A DNA stretch of 64,000 nt from Auanema rhodensis (taxonomy: Eukaryota > Animalia > Nematoda): positions 3,100,001 to 3,164,000 of the forward strand of contig OZ059897.1 of NCBI GenBank assembly GCA_964057225.1, given 5' to 3'. A program made the translations under genes and the position numbers. Below are positions 38,901 through 53,900 of this stretch, piece after piece (positions within the stretch are counted from its first letter, which is position 1; each line of letters begins with the position of its first letter). Under the pieces are notes generated by a model. It saw nothing but the letters and a program-made list of their open reading frames with translations, was not told the origin of the DNA and did not search any database.

Positions 38901-41900
38901 AATTTTTGTAAATAGCGTTTCTCAAGGTAGTATAGTGCATTCGATGCGGATTTTTAAGCTGCGTTGATCTGTGTTATCAGATTTGAGTTAACTTAAAAAT
39001 GCACCGAGATATCAACTGATATAGGTTCACACTTATATCCTCGATTTTCACCCTGAAGAAATAATTTTTTCGTTGAATAACATTTTCCATCGTCTTCGTC
39101 TTGAAAAAAGGAATCTAAAAACATCTACTTTTTGTGAAATTATTTAGAAATTTTTCGGGAACATTTTTGTCAAAATGTTTTTGGAAGCAATGTTGAGTGT
39201 ACATGGGAATTCAACATACACTAATGCATTATTTTTCAAACGATCATAACTAATTTTTGTAAATAGCGTTTCTCAAGGTAGTATAGTGCATTCGATGCGG
39301 ATTTTTAAGCTGCGTCGATCTGTGTTATCAGATTTGAGTTAACTTAAAAATGCACCGAGATATCAACTGATATAGGTTCACACTTATATCCTCGATTTTC
39401 ACCCTGAAGAAATAATTTTTTCGTTGAAAAACATTCTCCATCGTCTTCGTCATGAAAAAAGGAATCTAAAAACATCTACTTTTTGTGAAATTATTTAGAA
39501 ATTTTTCGGGAAAATTTTTGTCAAAATGTTTTTGGAAGCAATGTTGAGTGTACATGGGAACTCAGCATACACTAATGCATTATTTTTCAAACGATAATAA
39601 CTAATTTTTGTATAGAGCGTTTCTTAATGTAGTATAGTGCATTCGATGCGGATTTTTAAGTTGCGTTGATCTGAGTTATCAGATTTGAGTTAGCTTAAAA
39701 ATGCACCGAGATATCAACTGATTTATGTTCACACTTATATCCTCGATTTTCACCCTGAAGAAATGATTGTTTCGTTGAATAACATTGTCCATCATCTTCG
39801 TCTTGAAAAAAGGAATCTAAAAACATCTACTTTTTGTGAAATTATTTAGAAATTTTTCGGGAAAATTTTTGTCAAAATGTTTTTGGAAGCAATGTTGAGT
39901 GTACATGGGAACTCAACATACACTAATGCATTATTTTTCAAACGATCATAACTAATTTTTGTAAATAGCGTTTCTCAAGGTAGTATAGTGCATTCGATGC
40001 GGATTTTTAAGCTGCGTCGATCTGTGTTATCAGATTTGAGTTAGCTTAAAAATGCACCGAGATATCAACTGATATATGTTCACACTTATATCCTCGACTT
40101 TCACCCTGAAGAAATGATTTTTTCGTTGAATAACATTGTCCATCGTCTTCGTCTTGAAAAAAGGAATCTAAAAACATCTACTTTTTGTGAAATTATTTAG
40201 AAATTTTTCGGGAAAATTTTTGTCAAAATGTTTTTGGAAGCAATGTTGAGTGTACATGGGAACTCAACATACACTAATGCATTATTTTTCAAACGATCAT
40301 AACTAATTTTTGTAAATAGCGTTTCTCAAGGTAGTATAGTGCATTCGATGCGGATTTTTAAGCTGCGTCGATCTGTGTTATCAGATTTGAGTTAGCTTAA
40401 AAATGCACCGAGATATCAACTGATATATGTTCACACTTATATCCTCGATTTTCACCCTGAAGAAATGATTTTTTCGTTGAATAACATTGTCCATCGTCTT
40501 CGTCTTGAAAAAAGGAATCTAAAAACATCTACTTTTTGTGAAATTATTTAGAAATTTTTCGGGAAAATTTTTGTCAAAATGTTTTTGGAAGCAATGTTGA
40601 GTGTACATGGGAACTCAACATACACTAATGCATTATTTTTCAAACGATCATAACTAATTTCTGTAAATAGCGTTTCTCAATGTAGTATAGTGCATTCGAT
40701 GCGGATTTTTAAGCTGCGTCGATCTGTGTTATCAGATTTGAGTTAGCTTAAAAATGCACCGAGATATCAACTGATATATGTTCACACTTATATCCTCGAT
40801 TTTCACCCTGAAGAAATGATTTTTTCGTTGAATAACATTTTCCATCGTCTTCGTCTTGAAAAAAGGAATCTAAAAACATCTACTTTTTGTGAAATTATTT
40901 AGAAATTTTTCGGGAAAATTTTTGTCAAAATGTTTTTGGAAGCAATGTTGAGTGTACATGGGAACTCAACATACACTAATGCATTATTTTTCAAACGATC
41001 ATAACTAATTTTTGTAAATAGCGTTTCTCAAGGTAGTATAGTGCATTCGATGCGGATTTTTAAGCTGCGTCGATCTGTGTTATCAGATTTGAGTTAGCTT
41101 AAAAATGCACCGAGATATCAACTGATTTATGTTCACACTTATATCCTCGATTTTCACCCTGAAGAAATGATTGTTTCGTTGAATAACATTGTCCATCATC
41201 TTCGTCTTGAAAAAAGGAATCTAAAAACATCTACTTTTTGTGAAATTATTTAGAAATTTTTCGGGAAAATTTTTGTCAAAATTTTTTTGGAAGCAATGTT
41301 GAGTGTACATGGGAACTCAGCATACACTAATGCATTATTTTTCAAACGATAATAACTAATTTTTGTATAGAGCGTTTCTTAATGTAGTATAGTGCATTCG
41401 ATGCGGATTTTTAAGTTGCGTTGATCTGTGTTATCAGATTTGAGTTAGCTTAAAAATGCACCGAGATATCAACTGATTTATGTTCACACTTATATCCTCG
41501 ATTTTCACCCTGAAGAAATGATTGTTTCGTTGAATAACATTGTCCATCATCTTCGTCTTGAAAAAAGGAATCTAAAAACATCTACTTTTTGTGAAATTAT
41601 TTAGAAATTTTTCGGGAAAATTTTTGTCAAAATGTTTTTGGAAGCAATGTTGAGTGTACATGGGAACTCAACATACACTAATGCATTATTTTTCAAACGA
41701 TCATAACTAATTTTTGTAAATAGCGTTTCTCAAGGTAGTATAGTGCATTCGATGCGGATTTTTAAGCTGCGTTGATCTGTGTTATCAGATTTGAGTTAAC
41801 TTAAAAATGCACCGAGATATCAACTGATATAGGTTCACACTTATATCCTCGATTTTCACCCTGAAGAAATAATTTTTTCGTTGAAAAACATTCTCCATCG

Positions 41901-44900
41901 TCTTCGTCATGAAAAAAGGAATCTAAAAACATCTACTTTTTGTGAAATTATTTAGAAATTTTTCGGGAAAATTTTTGTCAAAATGTTTTTGGAAGCAATG
42001 TTGAGTGTACATGGGAACTCAGCATACACTAATGCATTATTTTTCAAACGATAATAACTAATTTTTGTATAGAGCGTTTCTTAATGTAGTATAGTGCATT
42101 CGATGTGGATTTTTAAGTTGCGTTGATCTGTGTTATCAGATTTGAGTTAGCTTAAAAATGCACCGAGATATCAACTGATTTATGTTCACACTTATATCCT
42201 CGATTTTCACCCTGAAGAAATGATTTTTTCGTTGAATAACATTGTCCATCATCTTCGTCTTGAAAAAAGGAATCTAAAAACATCTACTTTTTGTGAAATT
42301 ATTTAGAAATTTTTCGGGAAAATTTTTGTCAAAATGTTTTTGGAAGCAATGTTGAGTGTACATGGGAACTCAACATACACTAATGCATTATTTTTCAAAC
42401 GATCATAACTAATTTTTGTATAGAGCGTTTCTCAATGTAGTATAGTGCATTCGATGCGGATTTTTAAGCTGCGTCGATCTGTGTTATCAGATTTGAGTTA
42501 GCTTAAAAATGCACCGAGATATCAACTGATATATGTTCACACTTATATCCTCGATTTTCACCCTGAAGAAATGATTTTTTCGTTGAATAACATTGTCCAT
42601 CGTCTTCGTCTTGAAAAATGGAATCTAAAAACATCTACTTTTTGTGAAATTATTTAGAAATTTTTCGGGAAAATTTTTGTCAAAATGTTTTTGGAAGCAA
42701 TGTTGAGTGTACATGGGAACTCAACATACACTAATGCATTATTTTTCAAACGATCATAACTAATTTCTGTAAATAGCGTTTCTCAATGTAGTATAGTGCA
42801 TTCGATGCGGATTTTTAAGCTGCGTCGATCTGTGTTATCAGATTTGAGTTAGCTTAAAAATGCACCGAGATATCAACTGATATATGTTCACACTTATATC
42901 CTCGATTTTCACCCTGAAGAAATGATTTTTTCGTTGAATAACATTTTCCATCGTCTTCGTCTTGAAAAAAAGAATCTAAAAACATCTACTTTTTGTGAAA
43001 TTATTTAGAAATTTTTCGGGAACATTTTTGTCAAAATGTTTTTGGAAGCAATGTTGAGTGTACATGGGAATTCAACATACACTAATGCATTATTTTTCAA
43101 ACGATCATAACTAATTTTTGTAAATAGCGTTTCTCGAGGTAGTATAGTGCATTCGATGCGGATTTTTAAGCTGCGTCGATCTGTGTTATCAGATTTGAGT
43201 TAACTTAAAAATGCACCGAGATATCAACTGATATAGGTTCACACTTATATCCTCGATTTTCACCCTGAAGAAATAATTTTTTCGTTGAAAAACATTCTCC
43301 ATCGTCTTCGTCATGAAAAAAGGAATCTAAAAACATCTACTTTTTGTGAAATTATTTAGAAATTTTTCGGGAAAATTTTTGTCAAAATGTTTTTGGAAGC
43401 AATGTTGAGTGTACATGTGAACTCAGCATACACTAATGCATTATTTTTCAAACGATAATAACTAATTTTTGTATAGAGCGTTTCTTAATGTAGTATAGTG
43501 CATTCGATGCGGATTTTTAAGTTGCGTTGATCTGTGTTATCAGATTTGAGTTAGCTTAAAAATGCACCGAGATATCAACTGATTTATGTTCACACTTATA
43601 TCCTCGATTTTCACCCTGAAGAAATGATTGTTTCGTTGAATAACATTGTCCATCATCTTCGTCTTGAAAAAAGAAATCTAAAAACATCTACTTTTTGTGA
43701 AATTATTTAGAAATTTTTCGGGAAAATTTTTGTCAAAATGTTTTTGGAAGCAATGTTGAGTGTACATGGGAACTCAACATACACTAATGCATTATTTTTC
43801 AAACGATCATAACTAATTTTTGTAAATAGCGTTTCTCAAGGTAGTATAGTGCATTCGATGCGGATTTTTAAGCTGCGTCGATCTGTGTTATCAGATTTGA
43901 GTTAGCTTAAAAATGCACCGAGATATCAACTGATATATGTTCACACTTATATCCTCGACTTTCACCCTGAAGAAATGATTTTTTCGTTGAATAACATTGT
44001 CCATCGTCTTCGTCTTGAAAAAAGGAATCTAAAAACATCTACTTTTTGTGAAATTATTTAGAAATTTTTCGGGAAAATTTTTGTCAAAATGTTTTTGGAA
44101 GCAATGTTGAGTGTACATGGGAACTCAACATACACTAATGCATTATTTTTCAAACGATCATAACTAATTTTTGTAAATAGCGTTTCTCAAGGTAGTATAG
44201 TGCATTCGATGCGGATTTTTAAGCTGCGTCGATCTGTGTTATCAGATTTGAGTTAGCTTAAAAATGCACCGAGATATCAACTGATATATGTTCACACTTA
44301 TATCCTCGATTTTCACCCTGAAGAAATGATTTTTTCGTTGAATAACATTGTCCATCGTCTTCGTCTTGAAAAAAGGAATCTAAAAACATCTACTTTTTGT
44401 GAAATTATTTAGAAATTTTTCGGGAAAATTTTTGTCAAAATGTTTTTGGAAGCAATGTTGAGTGTACATGGGAACTCAACATACACTAATGCATTATTTT
44501 TCAAACGATCATAACTAATTTCTGTAAATAGCGTTTCTCAATGTAGTATAGTGCATTCGATGCGGATTTTTAAGCTGCGTCGATCTGTGTTATCAGATTT
44601 GAGTTAGCTTAAAAATGCACCGAGATATCAACTGATATATGTTCACACTTATATCCTCGATTTTCACCCTGAAGAAATGATTTTTTCGTTGAATAACATT
44701 TTCCATCGTCTTCGTCTTGAAAAAAGGAATCTAAAAACATCTACTTTTTGTGAAATTATTTAGAAATTTTTCGGGAAAATTTTTGTCAAAATGTTTTTGG
44801 AAGCAATGTTGAGTGTACATGGGAACTCAACATACACTAATGCATTATTTTTCAAACGATCATAACTAATTTTTGTAAATAGCGTTTCTCAAGGTAGTAT

Positions 44901-47900
44901 AGTGCATTCGATGCGGATTTTTAAGCTGCGTCGATCTGTGTTATCAGATTTGAGTTAGCTTAAAAATGCACCGAGATATCAACTGATATATGTTCACACT
45001 TATATCCTCGATTTTCAAACTGAAGAATTGATTTTTTCGTTGAATAACATTGTCCATCGTCTTCGTCTTGAAAAAAGGAATCTAAAAACATCTACTTTTT
45101 GTGAAATTATTTAGAAATTTTTCGGGAAAATTTTTGTCAAAATGTTTTTGGAAGCAATGTTGAGTGTACATGGGAACTCAACATACACTAATGCATTATT
45201 TTTCAAACGATCATAACTATTTTCTGTAAATAGCGTTTCTCAATGTAGTATAGTGCATTCGATGCGGATTTTTAAGCTGCGTTGATCTGTGTTATCAGAT
45301 TTGAGTTAACTTAAAAATGCACCGAGATATCAACTGATATAGGTTCACACTTATATCCTCGATTTTCACCCTGAAGAAATAATTTTTTCGTTGAAAAACA
45401 TTCTCCATCGTCTTCGTCATGAAAAAAGGAATCTAAAAACATCTACTTTTTGTGAAATTATTTAGAAATTTTTCGGGAAAATTTTTGTCAAAATGTTTTT
45501 GGAAGCAATGTTGAGTGTACATGGGAACTCAGCATACACTAATGCATTATTTTTCAAACGATAATAACTAATTTTTGTATAGAGCGTTTCTTAATGTAGT
45601 ATAGTGCATTCGATGCGGATTTTTAAGTTGCGTTGATCTGTGTTATCAGATTTGAGTTAGCTTAAAAATGCACCGAGATATCAACTGATTTATGTTCACA
45701 CTTATATCCTCGATTTTCACCCTGAAGAAATGATTTTTTCGTTGAATAACATTTTCCATCGTCTTCGTCTTGAAAAAAGGAATCTAAAAAGATCTACTTT
45801 TTGTGAAATTATTTAGAAATTTTTCGGGAAAATTTTTGTCAAAATGTTTTTGGAAGCAATGTTGAGTGTACATGGGAACTCAACATACACTAATGCATTA
45901 TTTTTCAAACGATCATAACTAATTTTTGTAAATAGCGTTTCTCAAGGTAGTATAGTGCATTCGATGCGGATTTTTAAGCTGCGTCGATCTGTGTTATCAG
46001 ATTTGAGTTAGCTTAAAAATGCACCGAGATATCAACTGATATATGTTCACACTTATATCCTCGATTTTCAAACTGAAGAATTGATTTTTTCGTTGAATAA
46101 CATTGTCCATCGTCTTCGTCTTGAAAAAAGGAATCTAAAAACATCTACTTTTTGTGAAATTATTTAGAAATTTTTCGGGAAAATTTTTGTCAAAATGTTT
46201 TTGGAAGCAATGTTGAGTGTACATGGGAACTCAACATACACTAATGCATTATTTTTCAAACGATCATAACTATTTTCTGTAAATAGCGTTTCTCAATGTA
46301 GTATAGTGCATTCGATGCGGATTTTTAAGCTGCGTTGATCTGTGTTATCAGATTTGAGTTAACTTAAAAATGCACCGAGATATCAACTGATATAGGTTCA
46401 CACTTATATCCTCGATTTTCACCCTGAAGAAATAATTTTTTCGTTGAAAAACATTCTCCATCGTCTTCGTCATGAAAAAAGGAATCTAAAAACATCTACT
46501 TTTTGTGAAATTATTTAGAAATTTTTCGGGAAAATTTTTGTCAAAATGTTTTTGGAAGCAATGTTGAGTGTACATGGGAACTCAGCATACACTAATGCAT
46601 TATTTTTCAAACGATAATAACTAATTTTTGTATAGAGCGTTTCTTAATGTAGTATAGTGCATTCGATGCGGATTTTTAAGTTGCGTTGATCTGTGTTATC
46701 AGATTTGAGTTAGCTTAAAAATGCACCGAGATATCAACTGATTTATGTTCACACTTATATCCTCGATTTTCACCCTGAAGAAATGATTTTTTCGTTGAAT
46801 AACATTGTCCATCATCTTCGTCTTGAAAAAAGGAATCTAAAAACATCTACTTTTTGTGAAATTATTTAGAAATTTTTCGGGAAAATTTTTGTCAAAATGT
46901 TTTTGGAAGCAATGTTGAGTGTACATGGGAACTCAACATACACTAATGCATTATTTTTCAAACGATCATAACTAATTTTTGTAAATAGCGTTTCTCAAGG
47001 TAGTATAGTGCATTCGATGCGGATTTTTAAGCTGCGTCGATCTGTGTTATCAGATTTGAGTTAGCTTAAAAATGCACCGAGATATCAACTGATATATGTT
47101 CACACTTATATCCTCGATTTTCACCCTGAAGAAATGATTTTTTCGTTGAATAACATTGTCCATCGTCTTCGTCTTGAAAAAAGGAATCTAAAAACATCTA
47201 CTTTTTGTGAAATTATTTAGAAATTTTTCGGGAAAATTTTTGTCAAAATGTTTTTGGAAGCAATGTTGAGTGTACATGGGAACTCAACATACACTAATGC
47301 ATTATTTTTCAAACGATCATAACTAATTTCTGTAAATAGCGTTTCTCAATGTAGTATAGTGCATTCGATGCGGATTTTTAAGCTGCGTCGATCTGTGTTA
47401 TCAGATTTGAGTTAGCTTAAAAATGCACCGAGATATCAACTGATATATGTTCACACTTATATCCTCGATTTTCACCCTGAAGAAATAGTTTTTTCGTTGA
47501 AAAACATTGTCCATCGTCTTTGCCTTGAAAAAAGGAATCTAAAAACATCTACTTTTTGTGAAATTATTTAGAAATTTTTCGGGAAAATTTTTGTCAAAAT
47601 GTTTTTGGAAGCAATGTTGAGTGTACATGGGAACTCAACATACACTAATGCATTATTTTTCAAACGATCATAACTTATTTTTGTATAGAGCGTTTCTCAA
47701 TGTAGTATAGTGCATTCGATGCGGATTTTTAAGCTGCGTCGATCTGTGTTATCAGATTTGAGCTTGCTTAAAAATGCACCGAGATATCAACTGATATATG
47801 TTCACACTTATATCCTCGACTTTCACCGTGAAGAAATGATTTTTTCGTTGAATAACATTGTCCATCGTCTTCGTCTTGAAAAAAGGAATCTAAAAACATC

Positions 47901-50900
47901 TACTTTTTGTGAAATTATTTAGAAATTTTTCGGGAAAATTTTTGTCAAAATGTTTTTGGAAGCAATGTTGAGTGTACATGGGAACTCAACATACACTAAT
48001 GCATTATTTTTCAAACGATCATAACTAATTTTTGTATAGAGCGTTTCTCAATGTAGTATAGTGCATTCGATGCGGATTTTTAAGCTGCGTCGATCTGTGT
48101 TATCAGATTTGAGCTTGCTTAAAAATGCACCGAGATATCAACTGATATATGTTCACACTTATATCCTCGATTTTCACCCTGAAGAAATGATTTTTTCGTT
48201 TAATAACATTGTCCATCGTCTTCGTCTTGAAAAAAGGAATCTAAAAACATCTACTTTTTGTGAAATTATTTAGAAATTTTTCGGGAAAATTTTTGTCAAA
48301 ATGTTTTTGGAAGCAATGTTGAGTGTACATGGGAACTCAACATACACTAATGCATTATTTTTCAAACGATCATAACTAATTTTTGTAAATAGCGTTTCTC
48401 AAGGTAGTATAGTGCATTCGATGCGGATTTTTAAGCTGCGTCGATCTGTGTTATCAGATTTGAGTTAGCTGAAAAATGCACCGAGATATCAACTGATATA
48501 TGTTCACACTTATATCCTCGATTTTCAAACTGAAGAATTGATTTTTTTGTTGAATAACATTGTCCATCGTCTTCGTCTTGAAAAAAGGAATCTAAAAACA
48601 TCTACTTTTTGTGAAATTATCTAGAAATTTTTCGGGAAAATTCTTGTCAAAATGTTTTTGGAAGCAATGTTGAGTGTACATGGGAACTCAACATACACTA
48701 ATGCATTATTTTTCAAACGATCATAACTATTTTCTGTAAATAGCGTTTCTCAATGTAGTATAGTGCATTCGATGCGGATTTTTAAGTTGCGTTGATCTGT
48801 GTTATCAGATTTGAGTTAGCTTAAAAATGCACCGAGATATCAACTGATTTATGTTCACACTTATATCCTCGATTTTCACCCTGAAGAAATGATTTTTTCG
48901 TTGAATAACATTGTCCATCATCTTCGTCTTGAAAAAAGGAATCTAAAAACATCTACTTTTTGTGAAATTATTTAGAAATTTTTCGGTAAAATTTTTGTCA
49001 AAATGTTTTTGGAAGCAATGTTGAGTGTACATGGGAACTCAACATACACTAATGCATTATTTTTCAAACGATCATAACTAATTTTTGTAAATAGCGTTTC
49101 TCAAGGTAGTATAGTGCATTCGATGCGGATTTTTAAGCTGCGTCGATCTGTGTTATCAGATTTGAGTTAGCTTAAAAATGCACCGAGATATCAACTGATA
49201 TATGTTCACACTTATATCCTCGATTTTCACCCTGAAGAAATGATTTTTTCGTTGAATAACATTGTCCATCGTCTTCGTCTTGAAAAAAGGAATCTAAAAA
49301 CATCTACTTTTTGTGAAATTATTTAGAAATTTTTCGGGAAAATTTTTGTCAAAATGTTTTTGGAAGCAATGTTGAGTGTACATGGGAACTCAACATACAC
49401 TAATGCATTATTTTTCAAACGATCATAACTTATTTTTGTATAGAGCGTTTCTCAATGTAGTATAGTGCATTCGATGCGGATTTTTAAGCTGCGTCGATCT
49501 GTGTTATCAGATTTGAGTTAGCTTAAAAATGCACCGAGATATCAACTGATATATGTTCACACTTATATCCTCGACTTTCACCCTGAAGAAATGATTTTTT
49601 CGTTGAATAACATTGTCCATCGTCTTCGTCTTGAAAAAAGGAATCTAAAAACATCTACTTTTTGTGAAATTATTTAGAAATTTTTCGGGAAAATTTTTGT
49701 CAAAATGTTTTTGGAAGCAATGTTGAGTGTACATGGGAACTCAACATACACTAATGCATTATTTTTCAAACGATCATAACTATTTTCTGTAAATAGCGTT
49801 TCTCAATGTAGTATAGTGCATTCGATGCGGATTTTTAAGCTGCGTTGATCTGTGTTATCAGATTTGAGTTAACTTAAAAATGCACCGAGATATCAACTGA
49901 TATAGGTTCACACTTATATCCTCGATTTTCACCCTGAAGAAATAATTTTTTCGTTGAAAAACATTCTCCATCGTCTTCGTCATGAAAAAAGGAATCTAAA
50001 AACATCTACTTTTTGTGAAATTATTTAGAAATTTTTCGGGAAAATTTTTGTCAAAATGTTTTTGGAAGCAATGTTGAGTGTACATGGGAACTCAGCATAC
50101 ACTAATGCATTATTTTTCAAACGATAATAACTAATTTTTGTATAGAGCGTTTCTTAATGTAGTATAGTGCATTCGATGCGGATTTTTAAGTTGCGTTGAT
50201 CTGTGTTATCAGATTTGAGTTAGCTTAAAAATGCACCGAGATATCAACTGATTTATGTTCACACTTATATCCTCGATTTTCACCCTGAAGAAATGATTTT
50301 TTCGTTGAATAACATTGTCCATCATCTTCGTCTTGAAAAAAGGAATCTAAAAACATCTACTTTTTGTGAAATTATTTAGAAATTTTTCGGGAAAATTTTT
50401 GTCAAAATGTTTTTGGAAGCAATGTTGAGTGTACATGGGAACTCAACATACACTAATGCATTATTTTTCAAACGATCATAACTAATTTTTGTAAATAGCG
50501 TTTCTCAAGGTAGTATAGTGCATTCGATGCGGATTTTTAAGCTGCGTCGATCTGTGTTATCAGATTTGAGTTAGCTTAAAAATGCACCGAGATATCAACT
50601 GATATATGTTCACACTTATATCCTCGATTTTCACCCTGAAGAAATGATTTTTTCGTTGAATAACATTGTCCATCGTCTTCGTCTTGAAAAAAGGAATCTA
50701 AAAACATCTACTTTTTGTGAAATTATTTAGAAATTTTTCGGGAAAATTTTTGTCAAAATGTTTTTGGAAGCAATGTTGAGTGTACATGGGAACTCAACAT
50801 ACACTAATGCATTATTTTTCAAACGATCATAACTAATTTCTGTAAATAGCGTTTCTCAATGTAGTATAGTGCATTCGATGCGGATTTTTAAGCTGCGTCG

Positions 50901-53900
50901 ATCTGTGTTATCAGATTTGAGTTAGCTTAAAAATGCACCGAGATATCAACTGATATATGTTCACACTTATATCCTCGATTTTCACCCTGAAGAAATAGTT
51001 TTTTCGTTGAAAAACATTGTCCATCGTCTTTGCCTTGAAAAAAGGAATCTAAAAACATCTACTTTTTGTGAAATTATTTAGAAATTTTTCGGGAAAATTT
51101 TTGTCAAAATGTTTTTGGAAGCAATGTTGAGTGTACATGGGAACTCAACATACACTAATGCATTATTTTTCAAACGATCATAACTTATTTTTGTATAGAG
51201 CGTTTCTCAATGTAGTATAGTGCATTCGATGCGGATTTTTAAGCTGCGTCGATCTGTGTTATCAGATTTGAGCTTGCTTAAAAATTCACCGAGATATCAA
51301 CTGATATATGTTCACACTTATATCCTCGACTTTCACCGTGAAGAAATGATTTTTTCGTTGAATAACATTGTCCATCGTCTTCGTCTTGAAAAAAGGAATC
51401 TAAAAACATCTACTTTTTGTGAAATTATTTAGAAATTTTTCGGGAAAATTTTTGTCAAAATGTTTTTGGAAGCAATGTTGAGTGTACATGGGAACTCAAC
51501 ATACACTAATGCATTATTTTTCAAACGATCATAACTAATTTTTGTATAGAGCGTTTCTCAATGTAGTATAGTGCATTCGATGCGGATTTTTAAGCTGCGT
51601 CGATCTGTGTTATCAGATTTGAGCTTGCTTAAAAATGCACCGAGATATCAACTGATATATGTTCACACTTATATCCTCGATTTTCACCCTGAAGAAATGA
51701 TTTTTTCGTTTAATAACATTGTCCATCGTCTTCGTCTTGAAAAAAGGAATCTAAAAACATCTACTTTTTGTGAAATTATTTAGAAATTTTTCGGGAAAAT
51801 TTTTGTCAAAATGTTTTTGGAAGCAATGTTGAGTGTACATGGGAACTCAACATACACTAATGCATTATTTTTCAAACGATCATAACTAATTTTTGTAAAT
51901 AGCGTTTCTCAAGGTAGTATAGTGCATTCGATGCGGATTTTTAAGCTGCGTCGATCTGTGTTATCAGATTTGAGTTAGCTTAAAAATGCACCGAGATATC
52001 AACTGATATATGTTCACACTTATATCCTCGATTTTCAAACTGAAGAATTGATTTTTTTGTTGAATAACATTGTCCATCGTCTTCGTCTTGAAAAAAGGAA
52101 TCTAAAAACATCTACTTTTTGTGAAATTATCTAGAAATTTTTCGGGAAAATTCTTGTCAAAATGTTTTTGGAAGCAATGTTGAGTGTACATGGGAACTCA
52201 ACATACACTAATGCATTATTTTTCAAACGATCATAACTATTTTCTGTAAATAGCGTTTCTCAATGTAGTATAGTGCATTCGATGCGGATTTTTAAGTTGC
52301 GTTGATCTGTGTTATCAGATTTGAGTTAGCTTAAAAATGCACCGAGATATCAACTGATTTATGTTCACACTTATATCCTCGATTTTCACCCTGAAGAAAT
52401 GATTTTTTCGTTGAATAACATTGTCCATCATCTTCGTCTTGAAAAAAGGAATCTAAAAACATCTACTTTTTGTGAAATTATTTAGAAATTTTTCGGTAAA
52501 ATTTTTGTCAAAATGTTTTTGGAAGCAATGTTGAGTGTACATGGGAACTCAACATACACTAATGCATTATTTTTCAAACGATCATAACTAATTTTTGTAA
52601 ATAGCGTTTCTCAAGGTAGTATAGTGCATTCGATGCGGATTTTTAAGCTGCGTCGATCTGTGTTATCAGATTTGAGTTAGCTTAAAAATGCACCGAGATA
52701 TCAACTGATATATGTTCACACTTATATCCTCGATTTTCACCCTGAAGAAATGATTTTTTCGTTGAATAACATTGTCCATCGTCTTCGTCTTGAAAAAAGG
52801 AATCTAAAAACATCTACTTTTTGTGAAATTATTTAGAAATTTTTCGGGAAAATTTTTGTCAAAATGTTTTTGGAAGCAATGTTGAGTGTACATGGGAACT
52901 CAACATACACTAATGCATTATTTTTCAAACGATCATAACTATTTTCTGTAAATAGCGTTTCTCAATGTAGTATAGTGCATTCGATGCGGATTTCTAAGCT
53001 GCGTTGATCTGTGTTATCAGATTTGAGTTAGCTTAAAAATGCACCGAGATATCAACTGATATATGTTCACACTTATATCCTCGATTTTCACCCTGAAGAA
53101 ATAGTTTTTTCGTTGAAAAACATTGTCCATCGTCTTTGCCTTGAAAAAAGGAATCTAAAAACATCTACTTTTTGTGAAATTATTTAGAAATTTTTCGGGA
53201 AAATTTTTGTCAAAATGTTTTTGGAAGCAATGTTGAGTGTACATGGGAACTCAACATACACTAATGCATTATTTTTCAAACGATCATAACTTATTTTTGT
53301 ATAGAGCGTTTCTCAATGTAGTATAGTGCATTCGATGCGGATTTTTAAGCTGCGTCGATCTGTGTTATCAGATTTGAGTTAGCTTAAAAATGCACCGAGA
53401 TATCAACTGATATATGTTCACACTTATATCCTCGACTTTCACCCTGAAGAAATGATTTTTTCGTTGAATAACATTGTCCATCGTCTTCGTCTTGAAAAAA
53501 GGAATCTAAAAACATCTACTTTTTGTGAAATTATTTAGAAATTTTTCGGGAAAATTTTTGTCAAAATGTTTTTGGAAGCAATGTTGAGTGTACATGGGAA
53601 CTCAACATACACTAATGCATTATTTTTCAAACGATCATAACTAATTTTTGTATAGAGCGTTTCTCAATGTAGTATAGTGCATTCGATGCGGATTTTTAAG
53701 CTGCGTTGATCTGTGTTATCAGATTTGAGTTAACTTAAAAATGCACCGAGATATCAACTGATATAGGTTCACACTTATATCCTCGATTTACACCCTGGAG
53801 AAGTAGTTTTTTCGTTGAAAAACATTGTCCATCGTCTTCGTCATGAAAAAAGGAATCTAAAAACATCTACTTTTTAAGAAATTATATAGAAATTTTTCGG

